NCBI RefSeq assembly: GCF_034259325.1
Contig: NZ_JAXIVS010000015.1
Coordinates: 102,515-166,514, forward strand
Direction of reading: 5' to 3'
Length of the DNA: 64,000 nt
DNA from: Hyalangium rubrum
Lineage (GTDB): Bacteria; Myxococcota; Myxococcia; Myxococcales; Myxococcaceae
Shown: positions 55,503 through 64,000 of the stretch, in pieces
Numbering within the stretch: the stretch's first letter is position 1
How the letters are laid out: each line of letters starts with the position of its first letter
Made by a program: the position numbers and the translations under genes
The notes under the pieces: model-generated
What the model was told of the DNA's origin: nothing
The model's database searches: none
Seen by the model: only the letters and a program-made list of their open reading frames with translations

Positions 55503-57071
55503 TCAGCGGGCTCGCATGTGCTTGAGGTACTCGTGGTGCGAGGGCAGCGTGCTCACCAGCCGCTGCGAGCGCTCCTGGAGCGCCGCGAACGCCTTCTTCG
55601 CCGGCTCGGGATCCAGCAGATCCAACAGCGCCAGGTGGTTCTCCGGCACGTAGTTGACGCCCATGCTGATGACGGCCCACGAGTAGGCCTCGAAGCCGTG
55701 GAACGACGGGTAGATGTTGCGGTGCCCGGGCAGGCGCGCGCGCCAGATCTTCAGGCGCTCCTCGAGATCAGGCGGAATGCTGAGCTCCGTCTTGGTCGCC
55801 TTCCAGTACGGCGTGTCAGCCCGGTCGCTGGCACGGTAGTGGAGGATGAGGAACTGCTTCACCCCGTCGATGCAGTTGTTGATCACCTTGTTGTAGCTGA
55901 GCCGCTGCCCGTCCGAGGTGTCCGCGCCCTCCGGGAAGTGGTTCACCAGCTCTTCGATGCCGTGCTGGATGAAGAAGATGCCCGTGGACTCGAGCGGCTC
56001 GACGAACCCGCTGGACAGCCCGATGGCCACGCAGTTCTTCACCCACGAGTTGTGGTTGCGCCCCACCCGCATCTTGATGTGGTTGGCGGTGCAGCCCTCG
56101 GCCGCCGGCCCGATGAAGGCGCGCAGCTCCTTCTCGGCCTCCTCCTTGCTCAGGTAGCGGCTGCAGTACACGTAGCCGTTGCCATTGCGGTGGTAGAGGG
56201 GAATGGTCCACGCCCAGCCCGCGCTGAGCGCCGTGGCCGTCGTATAGGGCCGGATGCCGTTGGCCTCGACGTCCCAGGGCGGCTGCAGGGCCACCGCGCT
56301 GTCGTTGGGCAGCACGTCGTTGAAGGCGATGAAGGGCTCCTTCAGCGTCTGGTTGATGAGCAGCCCGCGGAAGCCCGTGCAGTCGATGAACAGGTCTCCC
56401 TCCACCCGCCCGTTCTGCTTGGTCAGCACGTGGGAGATGAAGCCGTTCTCGCGCTGCCCCACCTCGAGCACGTCGTCCACGATGCGGCGCGCCCCGAGCT
56501 TCGTCCCGTAGTTCATCAGGAAGTCGGCCAGCAGGGACGCATCGAAGTGGTACCCGTAGGGGTACTGCACCATGTGGTGGGCGATGACGTTGTTGGGCGG
56601 AGGCGCCTTCGGATCGAAGTAGGCGCTGACCCCCTCGTCGAACACCGTGTCATCCAGGAACTTGGGCGAGCGCTTCGCCTCGCACATGGCGGGGATGGTG
56701 AAGCACGCCTGGTCGAAGGGCAGCTCGTTGCGCTTGAGCTTCAGCCACCACTCGCCCGTGTTGAAGCCCTGGATGGTCTCGAACCGCTGGAACGGGTGGT
56801 AGAAGTGCCCGCCCTTGGATGACCAGTTCTCGTAGCGGATGGCCAGCTTGTACGTGCCATTGCACGACGGCATCCAGTCGGACTCCTTGAGTCCCAGGAA
56901 GTCGAAGAACAGCTTGAGCGTGCTGAAAGTCGCCTCGCCCACGCCCACCGTCTTGATGTGCGAGGACTCGACCAGGGTCACCTCCACGTTCTCCTTGAGG
57001 GCCCGCTTCAAATACGAGGCGGTCATCCAGCCAGCGGTGCCGCCCCCCACGATTACTACGCGCGTTGTCAT
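55503..57071 (-). CDS. Flavin-dependent tryptophan halogenase (PrnA/RebH family)
   Basis: The ATG at 57071 begins MTTRVVIVGGGTAGWMTASYL (GxGxxG). ...WTIPLYHRNGNGYVY... is the WxWxIP halogenase motif. The lysine region is present (…KTVGVGEATF…). The ORF is 522 aa. Confidence 0.8.
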   Translation of the reverse strand: MTTRVVIVGGGTAGWMTASYLKRALKENVEVTLVESSHIKTVGVGEATFSTLKLFFDFLGLKESDWMPSCNGTYKLAIRYENWSSKGGHFYHPFQRFETIQGFNTGEWWLKLKRNELPFDQACFTIPAMCEAKRSPKFLDDTVFDEGVSAYFDPKAPPPNNVIAHHMVQYPYGYHFDASLLADFLMNYGTKLGARRIVDDVLEVGQRENGFISHVLTKQNGRVEGDLFIDCTGFRGLLINQTLKEPFIAFNDVLPNDSAVALQPPWDVEANGIRPYTTATALSAGWAWTIPLYHRNGNGYVYCSRYLSKEEAEKELRAFIGPAAEGCTANHIKMRVGRNHNSWVKNCVAIGLSSGFVEPLESTGIFFIQHGIEELVNHFPEGADTSDGQRLSYNKVINNCIDGVKQFLILHYRASDRADTPYWKATKTELSIPPDLEERLKIWRARLPGHRNIYPSFHGFEAYSWAVISMGVNYVPENHLALLDLLDPEPAKKAFAALQERSQRLVSTLPSHHEYLKHMRAR

Positions 57072-57313
57072 GAATGTCTCTCCCGATGAGGGCCGCCACA
57101 ACCAATCGGCTGAGGCCTACCGGGAGAATAGCGTAATTGGATTGCCGATCCTACCCCATGCGTTGGGCTCCTGAGAGGGCGAGGCCCCTTCGCTCCGTCG
57201 CTGGACAAGAAAGCGGACAGAACCTTATAAGTTGGGTCGAAGCACACACGAGGCCCGCCTCCCCCCTGTCTCACGAGACAGGAGGAAGAGTGTTTTCGTG
57301 TATTTGAGTGCAA

Positions 57314-58141
57314 CTACCGCTTGAGGCTCAGCCCCAGCCGGTAGACGTCCTGGCCGGACCAGCCCGCGCGCCGAGCGAGCTCTGTGCTCAGTGGCTTGAG
57401 CTTCTCGCCGCGCTCCAGCCCCTCCGCGAGCGCCCGCCGCAGCTCCTCCTCGGACCAGCGACGCTCACCGGTGCGCCCCTCCACCAACACCACCACCTCG
57501 CCCCGGGGCTCCTCGGCTCCGTAGCGCGCCGCCAGCTCCGAGAGCGAGCCCCGCACGAACTCCTCGTGCAGCTTGGTGAGCTCCCGCGCCACGCACGCGC
57601 GCCGGTCTCCCCAGGCCTCCTGCAGGTCCGCCAGCGTCTCCCCCAGCCGCCGGGGCGACTCGTAGAGCACCAGCGTGGCCGACAGCTGCGCCACCTCCTC
57701 CAACATGGCGCGGCGCTCGGGGCCCTTGCGCGGCGGAAACCCCAGGAAGTGGAAGCGCCCCGTGGGCAGCCCAGAGGCGCTCAGCGCCGCTACCAGCGCG
57801 GTGGGCCCCGGCACCGGCACCACCTTCACGTCTCGTTCGAGCGCCTCGGCCACCAGCCGCTCCCCGGGATCGCTGATGCCCGGACTGCCCGCATCCGTGA
57901 CCAGGGCACAATCCTCGCCCGCGGCGATCCGATCGAGGATGCGCCCGGCGCGCTGCCCTTCCGCGAAGGCGGGCAGGCTCACCGTCTCGCGGGAGATGCC
58001 GAAGTGGTCCAGCAGCACGCGCGAGTGCCGCGTGTCCTCGCAGGCGATGAAGGCCACGCTCCGCAGCGTCTCCAGCGCCCGGGAGGAGATGTCCCCCAGG
58101 TTCCCGATGGGCGTGGCAACGAGGTAGAGCGTCCCAGCCAT
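57314..58141 (-). CDS. rsmI: 16S rRNA (cytidine1402-2'-O)-methyltransferase
   Basis: The ATG at 58141 begins MAGTLYLVATPIGNLGDISSRALETLRSVAFIACEDTR...LVTDAGSPGISDPG..., a tetrapyrrole-methylase-fold RsmI signature. Confidence 0.85.
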   Translation of the reverse strand: MAGTLYLVATPIGNLGDISSRALETLRSVAFIACEDTRHSRVLLDHFGISRETVSLPAFAEGQRAGRILDRIAAGEDCALVTDAGSPGISDPGERLVAEALERDVKVVPVPGPTALVAALSASGLPTGRFHFLGFPPRKGPERRAMLEEVAQLSATLVLYESPRRLGETLADLQEAWGDRRACVARELTKLHEEFVRGSLSELAARYGAEEPRGEVVVLVEGRTGERRWSEEELRRALAEGLERGEKLKPLSTELARRAGWSGQDVYRLGLSLKR

Positions 58142-58145
58142 GAAG

Positions 58146-58562
58146 TCACATCCCCGCGTCAAAGGCGTCCGGGATGTGCTCCACACGGGCCTGCTCGCCC
58201 TGGCCCACCACCGAGACGACGTCGAAGCGCATCATCCGGTCCCGGAGCTCGTGGGCGAAGAGATAATGCAGCGCCGCTTTGACCACCCGACGCTGCTTGG
58301 CGAACGAGACCGTGTGCGCCGGGTCTCCCCACACGGCCGAGGAGCGCATCCGCACCTCCACGAAGCACACGGTGTCGCCGCGCTCGGCCACCACGTCCAG
58401 CTCGCCGTAGCGGCACCGGAAGTTGCGCGCGCGGATGCGGTAGCCCCGCGCTTCCAGGAAGCGCACCGCCGCTCCTTCCGCCTCGTTCCCATACCCCCGC
58501 CGATCCACTCCCGCCCGTCCCATCCACCCCTCCCTGCTGACCTGCCCATCCTTCCAGCCCAC
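58146..58562 (-). CDS. yraN: YraN-family (UPF0102) putative endonuclease
   Basis: GEAAVRFLEARGYRIRARNFRCRYGELDVVAERGDTVCFVEVRMRSS...FDVVSV. The start may be the internal ATG (58523). Confidence 0.7.
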   Translation of the reverse strand: MGWKDGQVSREGWMGRAGVDRRGYGNEAEGAAVRFLEARGYRIRARNFRCRYGELDVVAERGDTVCFVEVRMRSSAVWGDPAHTVSFAKQRRVVKAALHYLFAHELRDRMMRFDVVSVVGQGEQARVEHIPDAFDAGM

Positions 58563-58671
58563 TCCGACACAGGGTTGACTCCATAACCATCCAGGATGGC
58601 GGATTAATCAGATTTTACTGGAGGTCCTATCCAGGACGGTCGATAAGGCCGGGCCCCCCAAGGAGAGAGCG

Positions 58672-59754
58672 ATGCGCGTCCTGAAAGCCCTGCTGTCCCT
58701 GCCCCTGTTCGCTTCACTTCAGGCCTGTGGCCCCGAAGCCGCCCCCGTGCCCGAGTCCACGAGCGCCGTCGAGCAGGAGGTGGGGCGGCTCTCCATCCGC
58801 AACGCCGATCCCACGGTCATCCGGGTCAACAGCACCTATATCTCCGCGGAGACGGAGGGCGGGCGCATCTACGTGCGGCAGGCCTCCTCCGTCGATGCCT
58901 TGGCGAGCGCGGTCCGCACCCAAATCTGGGGCAACCCCGCGGGCCTCGCCGAGGTCTGGGCGCCGCAGCTCGTCAAGGACGGCAGCACCTACTACATCTA
59001 CTTCACGGCGGGGGCCGGCAGCGCCCACCGGATGTACGTCATCCAGTCCCAGTCGCCCGCCTCGGGCTACTCGCGCGAGACGCTGATGGCGCTACCCAAC
59101 AACAAGTGGGCCATCGACGGGACGATGTTCGTCTACCAGGGCCAGCGCTACTTCGTCTGGTCCGGCTGGGAGGGCGACACCAACGGGGAGCAGACGCTGT
59201 ACATCGCCCGCATGTCGAGCCCGACCACGGTGACGGGCGCGCGCTTCGTCATCTCCCAGCCTCGCGAGTGGTGGGAGAAGGTTGACGTCAACCCGCCCAC
59301 CCGCGTCAACGAGGGCCCCGAGGTTCTCATCGATCCCAGCGGACAGCTGCACGTCGTGTACTCGGCCAACGGGAGCTGGGACACGAACTACTGCCTGGCG
59401 GACCTGCGCCTGCGGGCCGGCGGCGACCCGACCTACGTCTGGGACTGGTTCAAGTCCAACGGCTGCCTGTTCGGCGCCAATGGCGGCATCATGATGAGCG
59501 GCTGGCACCCGACGCTGTATGCCAAGGGCGTGGGGCACAACTCCTTCGTGCTGCTCAACGGAGACCCCAACACCAGCCCGCCGGCGGGGCCGCAGTTCCC
59601 CCTGGCCTACCACGGCGTGCCCAAGAACGATTACCCCAACCCCTTCTGGTCGGGCCGCTACTGGTACTCGGGCACGTTCCAGTGGTGGGGCAACATCACG
59701 TACACGCGCGGCTCGGCGAGCAACACGGGCTGGAGCCTGAAGTTCTACGAGTAG
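58672..59754 (+). CDS. Glycoside hydrolase family 43-like lipoprotein (five-bladed beta-propeller)
   Basis: It has a lipobox (LFASLQACG). ...WAPQLVKDGSTYYIYFTAG..., ...WAIDGTMFVYQGQRYFVWSGW..., ...PEVLIDPSGQLHVVYSANGSW... resemble GH43 blade motifs. Confidence 0.65.
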   Translation: MRVLKALLSLPLFASLQACGPEAAPVPESTSAVEQEVGRLSIRNADPTVIRVNSTYISAETEGGRIYVRQASSVDALASAVRTQIWGNPAGLAEVWAPQLVKDGSTYYIYFTAGAGSAHRMYVIQSQSPASGYSRETLMALPNNKWAIDGTMFVYQGQRYFVWSGWEGDTNGEQTLYIARMSSPTTVTGARFVISQPREWWEKVDVNPPTRVNEGPEVLIDPSGQLHVVYSANGSWDTNYCLADLRLRAGGDPTYVWDWFKSNGCLFGANGGIMMSGWHPTLYAKGVGHNSFVLLNGDPNTSPPAGPQFPLAYHGVPKNDYPNPFWSGRYWYSGTFQWWGNITYTRGSASNTGWSLKFYE

Positions 59755-59832
59755 CACCCTGTTGTGCCCGGCGGCGGGCTGGAGGACAGTTCGGGGCGCG
59801 GCGCCGCTTCGCGCCCCGCTCAGGAGCCCGCC

Positions 59833-60348
59833 ATGAAGAGCTTCGTCGCCGTGTTCGACTGCGCCCCGCTCGGCGTCCTTCCGTGGATGGAGGCCGCCGC
59901 GAAGGCGGGCGGGCTGACCCTCGTCCAGCAGGATGACGTGGGCAAGTGGCTCTCGGAGGATCCGGAGTTCCGCAAGGCCATCATGGCCCCGAACATCAAG
60001 AGCTTCTCCAACCCGGACCCCAGCCTCACGCCGTACTACCTCAAGGTGCTGGAGACGAAGGTCCCCGAGCCCAAGGTCGCGCTGCACGGCTGGGGGTGGC
60101 TGGTGTTCGCCGAGAAGGTGGACCTGTGCATCCTCGACTACGCCGGCCTGGAGCAGCAGCGCAAGAAGAGCGTCGAGGGCGTGGCCCAGAAGAAGATGGA
60201 CGACGAGTTCTTCAAGGTGAAGAGCTACCTGTTCGCCGAGGCCAAGAAGCGCCTGCCCGCCGACCGCATCCTCCAGCTCCAGGGCTTCTCCTCCGAGAAG
60301 GAGAAGCAGGAGCTGGCGGTGCAGTTCGTCCAGAAGCTCTCGCGCTGA
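59833..60348 (+). CDS. Hypothetical protein (171 aa)
   Basis: AGGAG SD precedes the ATG at 59833. No recognisable domain. It is convergent with the large repeat protein. Confidence 0.5.
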   Translation: MKSFVAVFDCAPLGVLPWMEAAAKAGGLTLVQQDDVGKWLSEDPEFRKAIMAPNIKSFSNPDPSLTPYYLKVLETKVPEPKVALHGWGWLVFAEKVDLCILDYAGLEQQRKKSVEGVAQKKMDDEFFKVKSYLFAEAKKRLPADRILQLQGFSSEKEKQELAVQFVQKLSR

Positions 60349-63300
60349 TCAGGGCGCGAAGGCGTTCTTGAAGTCGTTGATCGTCTCGGCCGACTGCGAC
60401 AGGTCGCGGACGGTCTGGACGATGGCCACGCCCTGCTTGAGTGGCGTGGTGAAGACGTCCGCGCCGGGCACCACGCCGACCACGTCGAGGGCCAACTGCG
60501 AGCCGGTGAGGATCTTCTCGATGTTGTCGTCGCCCTGGAGCGCATCCACGAAGGGGCCGATGGAGCCGGCGATGTTGATGGCATCCCCCACGAACGGGAT
60601 GCTGCCGATGAGGCCCTTGCCGGCGATCTCCGCGGCCTTCTTCTCGATCTTGTCCTGCACGCCCTCGGGCAGCACGCCGTAGATCTGCTTGAAGAGGCGG
60701 CCCACCGACTCCAGGCCTTCCTTGCCCACCGTGTCCTGGCCCAGGAAGCCGTCGCCCGCGCCGATCAGGCTGCCGAACGCACCGCCCATCTCCCCCAGCG
60801 CGCCGGTGATGTCGCCCTCGGCCAGCTTCGCCACGCCGTTGAGCACCTGGGAGATGGAGCCCGTCTCCACCAGCGCCGCATTGAGCTGCGGATCGCTGAG
60901 GAACTTCGAGACCGGGTTGTCCTTGGGCAGCGACTTGTGCAGCTCGTCCAGGAACGCGGTGGCCGCCTCCGGGTTGCTCTCCACCGCCGAGGACAGGCCG
61001 GTGGAGAGCTCGCGGATGAAGGCCGCCGGGTTGTTGTTCTTCGTCAGCTCCTCGATGCCCTTGCCCATGTGCTCCAGGAAGCCGGGCTCGGAGAGCATGC
61101 CCGCCGCCGCGGAGAACAGGCCCTCGTACTTGGCCGGCAGCGGCAGCGCCGTGGCCAGCGCGTCCGTGAGCTTCGTCTTCAGATTGGAGGGCAGCGTGGT
61201 GACGGCCGAGCCCAGATCCTTGAGGGCCTCGGCGATGTTCCCGTCGGCGATCTTCGTGCCAGCCGAGATGAGGCTGCCCACCGAGTCACGGTACTGCAGC
61301 AGCTTCTCCGGGCTGTCGATGCCCAGCTTGCCCAGGAAGGCGGCCGTGGGCTCATGCTCCATCACCTGCTTGGCCACGTCCTCCTTGATCGAGTCGGTGG
61401 CCATCAGCTCGGTGAGGCCCTTGGCGATGTCCCCGCTGGCGATCGAGTCGAAGCCCTTGCTGTCCGCCGCCAGCAGCTTCTCGGTGTTCTCACCCGACAG
61501 CAGGGTCTTGAGCACTCCCTCCTGGCCCTTGTCCGAGAGCTGCTCGGTGAGCTTCTTGAAGGACTCCTCCAGCACGGGCTTGAAGGGGACCTTGTTGTCC
61601 ACCATCGCGTCGCGCAGGGCGCCCGCGGCCTTCAGCTTGTCGCCGTCCATCATCGCCACGGCGGCGCCCACGAAGTTGTCCAGGCCCGCCGGGTTCTGCT
61701 TCAGCGTCTCGGCCGACAGCCCCAGGTCCCCGAACGCCTTCTTCACGTCCGGGTTCTGGTAGAGCGCGTCCACCGCCGCGTTGGCGGCCTCCTGGTTGCC
61801 CTTGGCGTCCTTCAGCCCGGAGATGAGGTCCTTGCTGGAGAGCGCGTCGAAGGCCCCCGACAGCTTCGGGTTGGTCAGCAGGGACTTGACCGTGGCCTTG
61901 TCGCCCAGCATCGACTGGAGCGCCTTGCTCGCCCCATCCGTGCCGTCGATGGCCTTCTTCGCGTAGCTGGTGACGGCGTCGGTGGCCAGGTCCGCCAGCT
62001 GGGGATCCTTCGTCACCGCGTCGCGGAAGGTGCGCAGCGAGCCCTCGAAGTCACCCTTCCCCGCCCCTTCCACGGCCTTGTACAGCTGCTCCATGGCCGG
62101 GCCGTTGTAGCCCTTGAGCTGCTGGGCGGTGAGGCCCGCCTCCTCGAGGCCCTTCTTGAACTCGGGGTTGGTGGCGGCCTGGTCGATGACCTGGTTGCGC
62201 AGCTGCGCATTCGGGCCGAGCTGCTCCAGCGCCTTGCCCACCTCGCCCTTGGCGATGGAGTCGAAGGCAGCCGCGCTCGCCGGATCCTTCAGCAGCGCCT
62301 CGGCCGTCTTCTTGTCACCGAGCAGCGTCTTGATCTGGCCCTCGGTGCCCTCGGACTTCAGCCCGCCCGCGTACTTCGTCACCGCGTCCAGCGCCACGTT
62401 GGGCGCGCCCGCGCTGGCGGTGCGCAGGGCCTTCAGGGTGCCCTCGGTGTCGCCCTGGGTGGCCGCCTCGGAGGCCTTCAGCAGATCGCCCGCGGCGATG
62501 TTCTTCGACTGGAGCGCCTTGGCATCCAGGCCGAGCTTGTCCAGGCCCTCCTTGAAGCGCGGATCGTTGCTGGCCGAGTCGATCGTCGAGTTGGCCAGCT
62601 TGTCCGCCACGGCCTTGGCCTTGGGGTCGGCGGAGGCGGCCTTCTGCAACAGCTCCAGCGACTTCACCGGATCCGTCTTCGGGTTGCTGTCGAAGGGGTT
62701 GATCCGGTTGAGCAGCGAGGGCTCCGGAGAGGTCTCCAGCGCCTTGAGCACGTCCGCCTGGCCCTGGCCCAGCCCCTTGAGGTCCTGGGGCTTGAGGCCG
62801 GCCTTGTCCAGGGTGGCCTTGATGCTCGGGTCGGTGGCGGCCTTGTCCAGCAGGCCGTTGCGCACCTTCTCGTCCTGCACGCCCGAGATGGCGGACAGGT
62901 CACCCTCGGCCAGCTTGTTGAGCGTCTGCTGCGTCTCGGGCTTCTGCAGCATGTCCCGAACCAGCGCGCGGTCCTCGAGGATCTTCCGCTCGGGGCCCTC
63001 GGGCAGCTCCGCGGCCTTGCGCGAGATCGCCTCGCTGGACACGTTGCGCAGCTCGGGGTTGCTCTCGGAGGCGCGCGTCAGGTCCGCGATGGCCGCCTTG
63101 GGATCCTTGGCCTGCGAGGCGGCCGTCAGGTTCGCCATGCCCTTGCCCGAGGCCAGGAACGTCTCCTTGTCCAGGCCGAGCTTGTCCAGCCCCTGCTTCA
63201 CCTCGGGCGTGTCGTAGATGCGGGTGGCCACGTCCTTGGGCACGTTGTCGCCGAAGGCGCTCACCGCCTCCGAGTACTTGCCCGTCGAGGTGGCCTCGGC

Positions 63301-64000
63301 CGCCTTGAGGTACTGCGCCTGCTCCTCGGGCTTGAGCTCCTGGAACTGCTGCTGGCTGACGCCCAGCTTGTCCAGGCCCTGGCGCGCATCACCCGTCGCC
63401 GCCGCCTTCTCCTCGGCGTTCAGGTCCGTGCGGTTCTTCGCGGCCTCCTGGGGCGACTTGCCGCCCGCCACCGCGTCGGCGAACGCCTTGTCCGTGAGCA
63501 GCGCCTTGCTGTTGCCCTCCAGGGTGTTGCCCGCCCCCTGGAGCACCCGCGAGAGCGCCTCCTTGTCCTTCACCTTGCTGAAGTCGAGGTCGCCCGTGCG
63601 CTGCGCACCGTCCGCGCGGTTGGCCTGCGCGTCCACCCGGTCCGCCAGCTTGACGAGGTCCTTGCCGTCCCGGATGCCGAGCTGATCCAGCGTGGCCTTG
63701 TTCTCGGGCTTCGAGGAGAGCTTGGCCAGCTCACGGTCCGCGTCCAGCTCGCGGGAGATGGCCTTCGTGTCCTGGGTCCCATCCACGCCCAGCGCCTTGG
63801 CCATGTCCTCCTTGCGGCGGCCGGCGGCCCCGTCGAAGGCGGCCTTCACCTGATCGGCGGTGAGCTCGTTGGCCTTGATCTCCTGGTCGGAGTAGGCGGG
63901 CTTCAGGCCCTCGGACTTGGCGGCCTCGTTGGCCTCCTTCATCCGCGTCTCGGCCTCCTTGGAGGCCACCGCCGTCTGCTCCTCGGCGGCCTGCAGCTTC
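60349..64000 (-). CDS. Large repetitive Ala/Lys/Asp-rich protein (>1200 aa; N-terminus beyond window end)
   Basis: An uninterrupted minus-strand frame runs from 64000 to the stop at 60349. It contains ≥9 copies of a ~40-50-aa repeat with core ..K.GLDKLGL....L.. (KQGLDKLGLDKETF, KEGLDKLGLDAKALQ, KKGLEEAGLTAQQLKG, KKAFGDLGLSAETLKQ, TLDKAGLKPQDLKG, RQGLDKLGVSQQQFQ, AFLGKLGIDSPEKLL...) in an otherwise all-helical low-complexity background. Confidence 0.6.
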   Translation of the reverse strand, partial: KLQAAEEQTAVASKEAETRMKEANEAAKSEGLKPAYSDQEIKANELTADQVKAAFDGAAGRRKEDMAKALGVDGTQDTKAISRELDADRELAKLSSKPENKATLDQLGIRDGKDLVKLADRVDAQANRADGAQRTGDLDFSKVKDKEALSRVLQGAGNTLEGNSKALLTDKAFADAVAGGKSPQEAAKNRTDLNAEEKAAATGDARQGLDKLGVSQQQFQELKPEEQAQYLKAAEATSTGKYSEAVSAFGDNVPKDVATRIYDTPEVKQGLDKLGLDKETFLASGKGMANLTAASQAKDPKAAIADLTRASESNPELRNVSSEAISRKAAELPEGPERKILEDRALVRDMLQKPETQQTLNKLAEGDLSAISGVQDEKVRNGLLDKAATDPSIKATLDKAGLKPQDLKGLGQGQADVLKALETSPEPSLLNRINPFDSNPKTDPVKSLELLQKAASADPKAKAVADKLANSTIDSASNDPRFKEGLDKLGLDAKALQSKNIAAGDLLKASEAATQGDTEGTLKALRTASAGAPNVALDAVTKYAGGLKSEGTEGQIKTLLGDKKTAEALLKDPASAAAFDSIAKGEVGKALEQLGPNAQLRNQVIDQAATNPEFKKGLEEAGLTAQQLKGYNGPAMEQLYKAVEGAGKGDFEGSLRTFRDAVTKDPQLADLATDAVTSYAKKAIDGTDGASKALQSMLGDKATVKSLLTNPKLSGAFDALSSKDLISGLKDAKGNQEAANAAVDALYQNPDVKKAFGDLGLSAETLKQNPAGLDNFVGAAVAMMDGDKLKAAGALRDAMVDNKVPFKPVLEESFKKLTEQLSDKGQEGVLKTLLSGENTEKLLAADSKGFDSIASGDIAKGLTELMATDSIKEDVAKQVMEHEPTAAFLGKLGIDSPEKLLQYRDSVGSLISAGTKIADGNIAEALKDLGSAVTTLPSNLKTKLTDALATALPLPAKYEGLFSAAAGMLSEPGFLEHMGKGIEELTKNNNPAAFIRELSTGLSSAVESNPEAATAFLDELHKSLPKDNPVSKFLSDPQLNAALVETGSISQVLNGVAKLAEGDITGALGEMGGAFGSLIGAGDGFLGQDTVGKEGLESVGRLFKQIYGVLPEGVQDKIEKKAAEIAGKGLIGSIPFVGDAINIAGSIGPFVDALQGDDNIEKILTGSQLALDVVGVVPGADVFTTPLKQGVAIVQTVRDLSQSAETINDFKNAFAP

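Overview
The 64 kb window is very GC-rich, and the gene content (a dsg-type IF3 with a C-terminal tail, an EncA/EncB encapsulin pair, an Oar-like TonB receptor, many sigma54/NtrC-type and lipoprotein genes) points to a Myxococcus-like (Myxococcales) chromosome. It is densely coding on both strands, with roughly 50 genes. I saw no IS elements, no CRISPR arrays and no obvious prophage or integrase. Most long ORFs in the six-frame track that lie opposite the genes below are GC-driven antisense artefacts (see noticed_but_rejected).

Main content, in order along the window:
- 1-5650 (minus strand): the classic tRNA-Val(GAC)-thrS-infC-rpmI-rplT-pheS-pheT' translation operon.
- 5746-11400 (minus): a family-4 uracil-DNA glycosylase and an AI-2E transporter, followed by a PilZ gene preceding a translationally coupled four-gene envelope module (two LPP20/FlgP-like lipoproteins, a PEGA lipoprotein and a FecR-domain protein).
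- 11559-17703: an FKBP-type peptidyl-prolyl isomerase, a clan-MA HExxH lipoprotein, a CspA gene, a secreted M2 (ACE-like) peptidase and a UvsE UV-damage endonuclease.
- 17823-25038: a DHH phosphoesterase, a VWA lipoprotein and a secreted beta-propeller protein carrying two CxxCH haem motifs.
- 25242-34133 (minus): an NfeD-flotillin-giant (1836 aa) AAA+ ATPase module.
- 34269-44751: a type IB topoisomerase, an Oar-like TonB-dependent receptor with a lipoprotein, ppk1, an AlkZ/YcaQ-like winged-helix glycosylase, a 2OG-Fe(II) oxygenase and a nucleotidyltransferase.
- 44798-47173 (minus): two tandem initiator tRNA-fMet copies downstream of an RpsA-like S1 protein that has an RGG-rich N-terminal extension.
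- 47390-53155: murJ, the family-1 encapsulin locus (encB cargo with an LTVGSLRR targeting tail, then the encA shell gene) followed by a sigma54 activator, and an M23 peptidase.
- 53311-64000: an outer-membrane beta-barrel protein, a DUF4476 protein, an orphan flavin-dependent tryptophan halogenase, rsmI, yraN, a GH43 lipoprotein, and a large repetitive Ala/Lys-rich protein of more than 1200 aa that runs off the window end.

The most interesting candidates for an undescribed system are the flotillin/NfeD/giant-ATPase module and the LPP20/PEGA/FecR/PilZ module.
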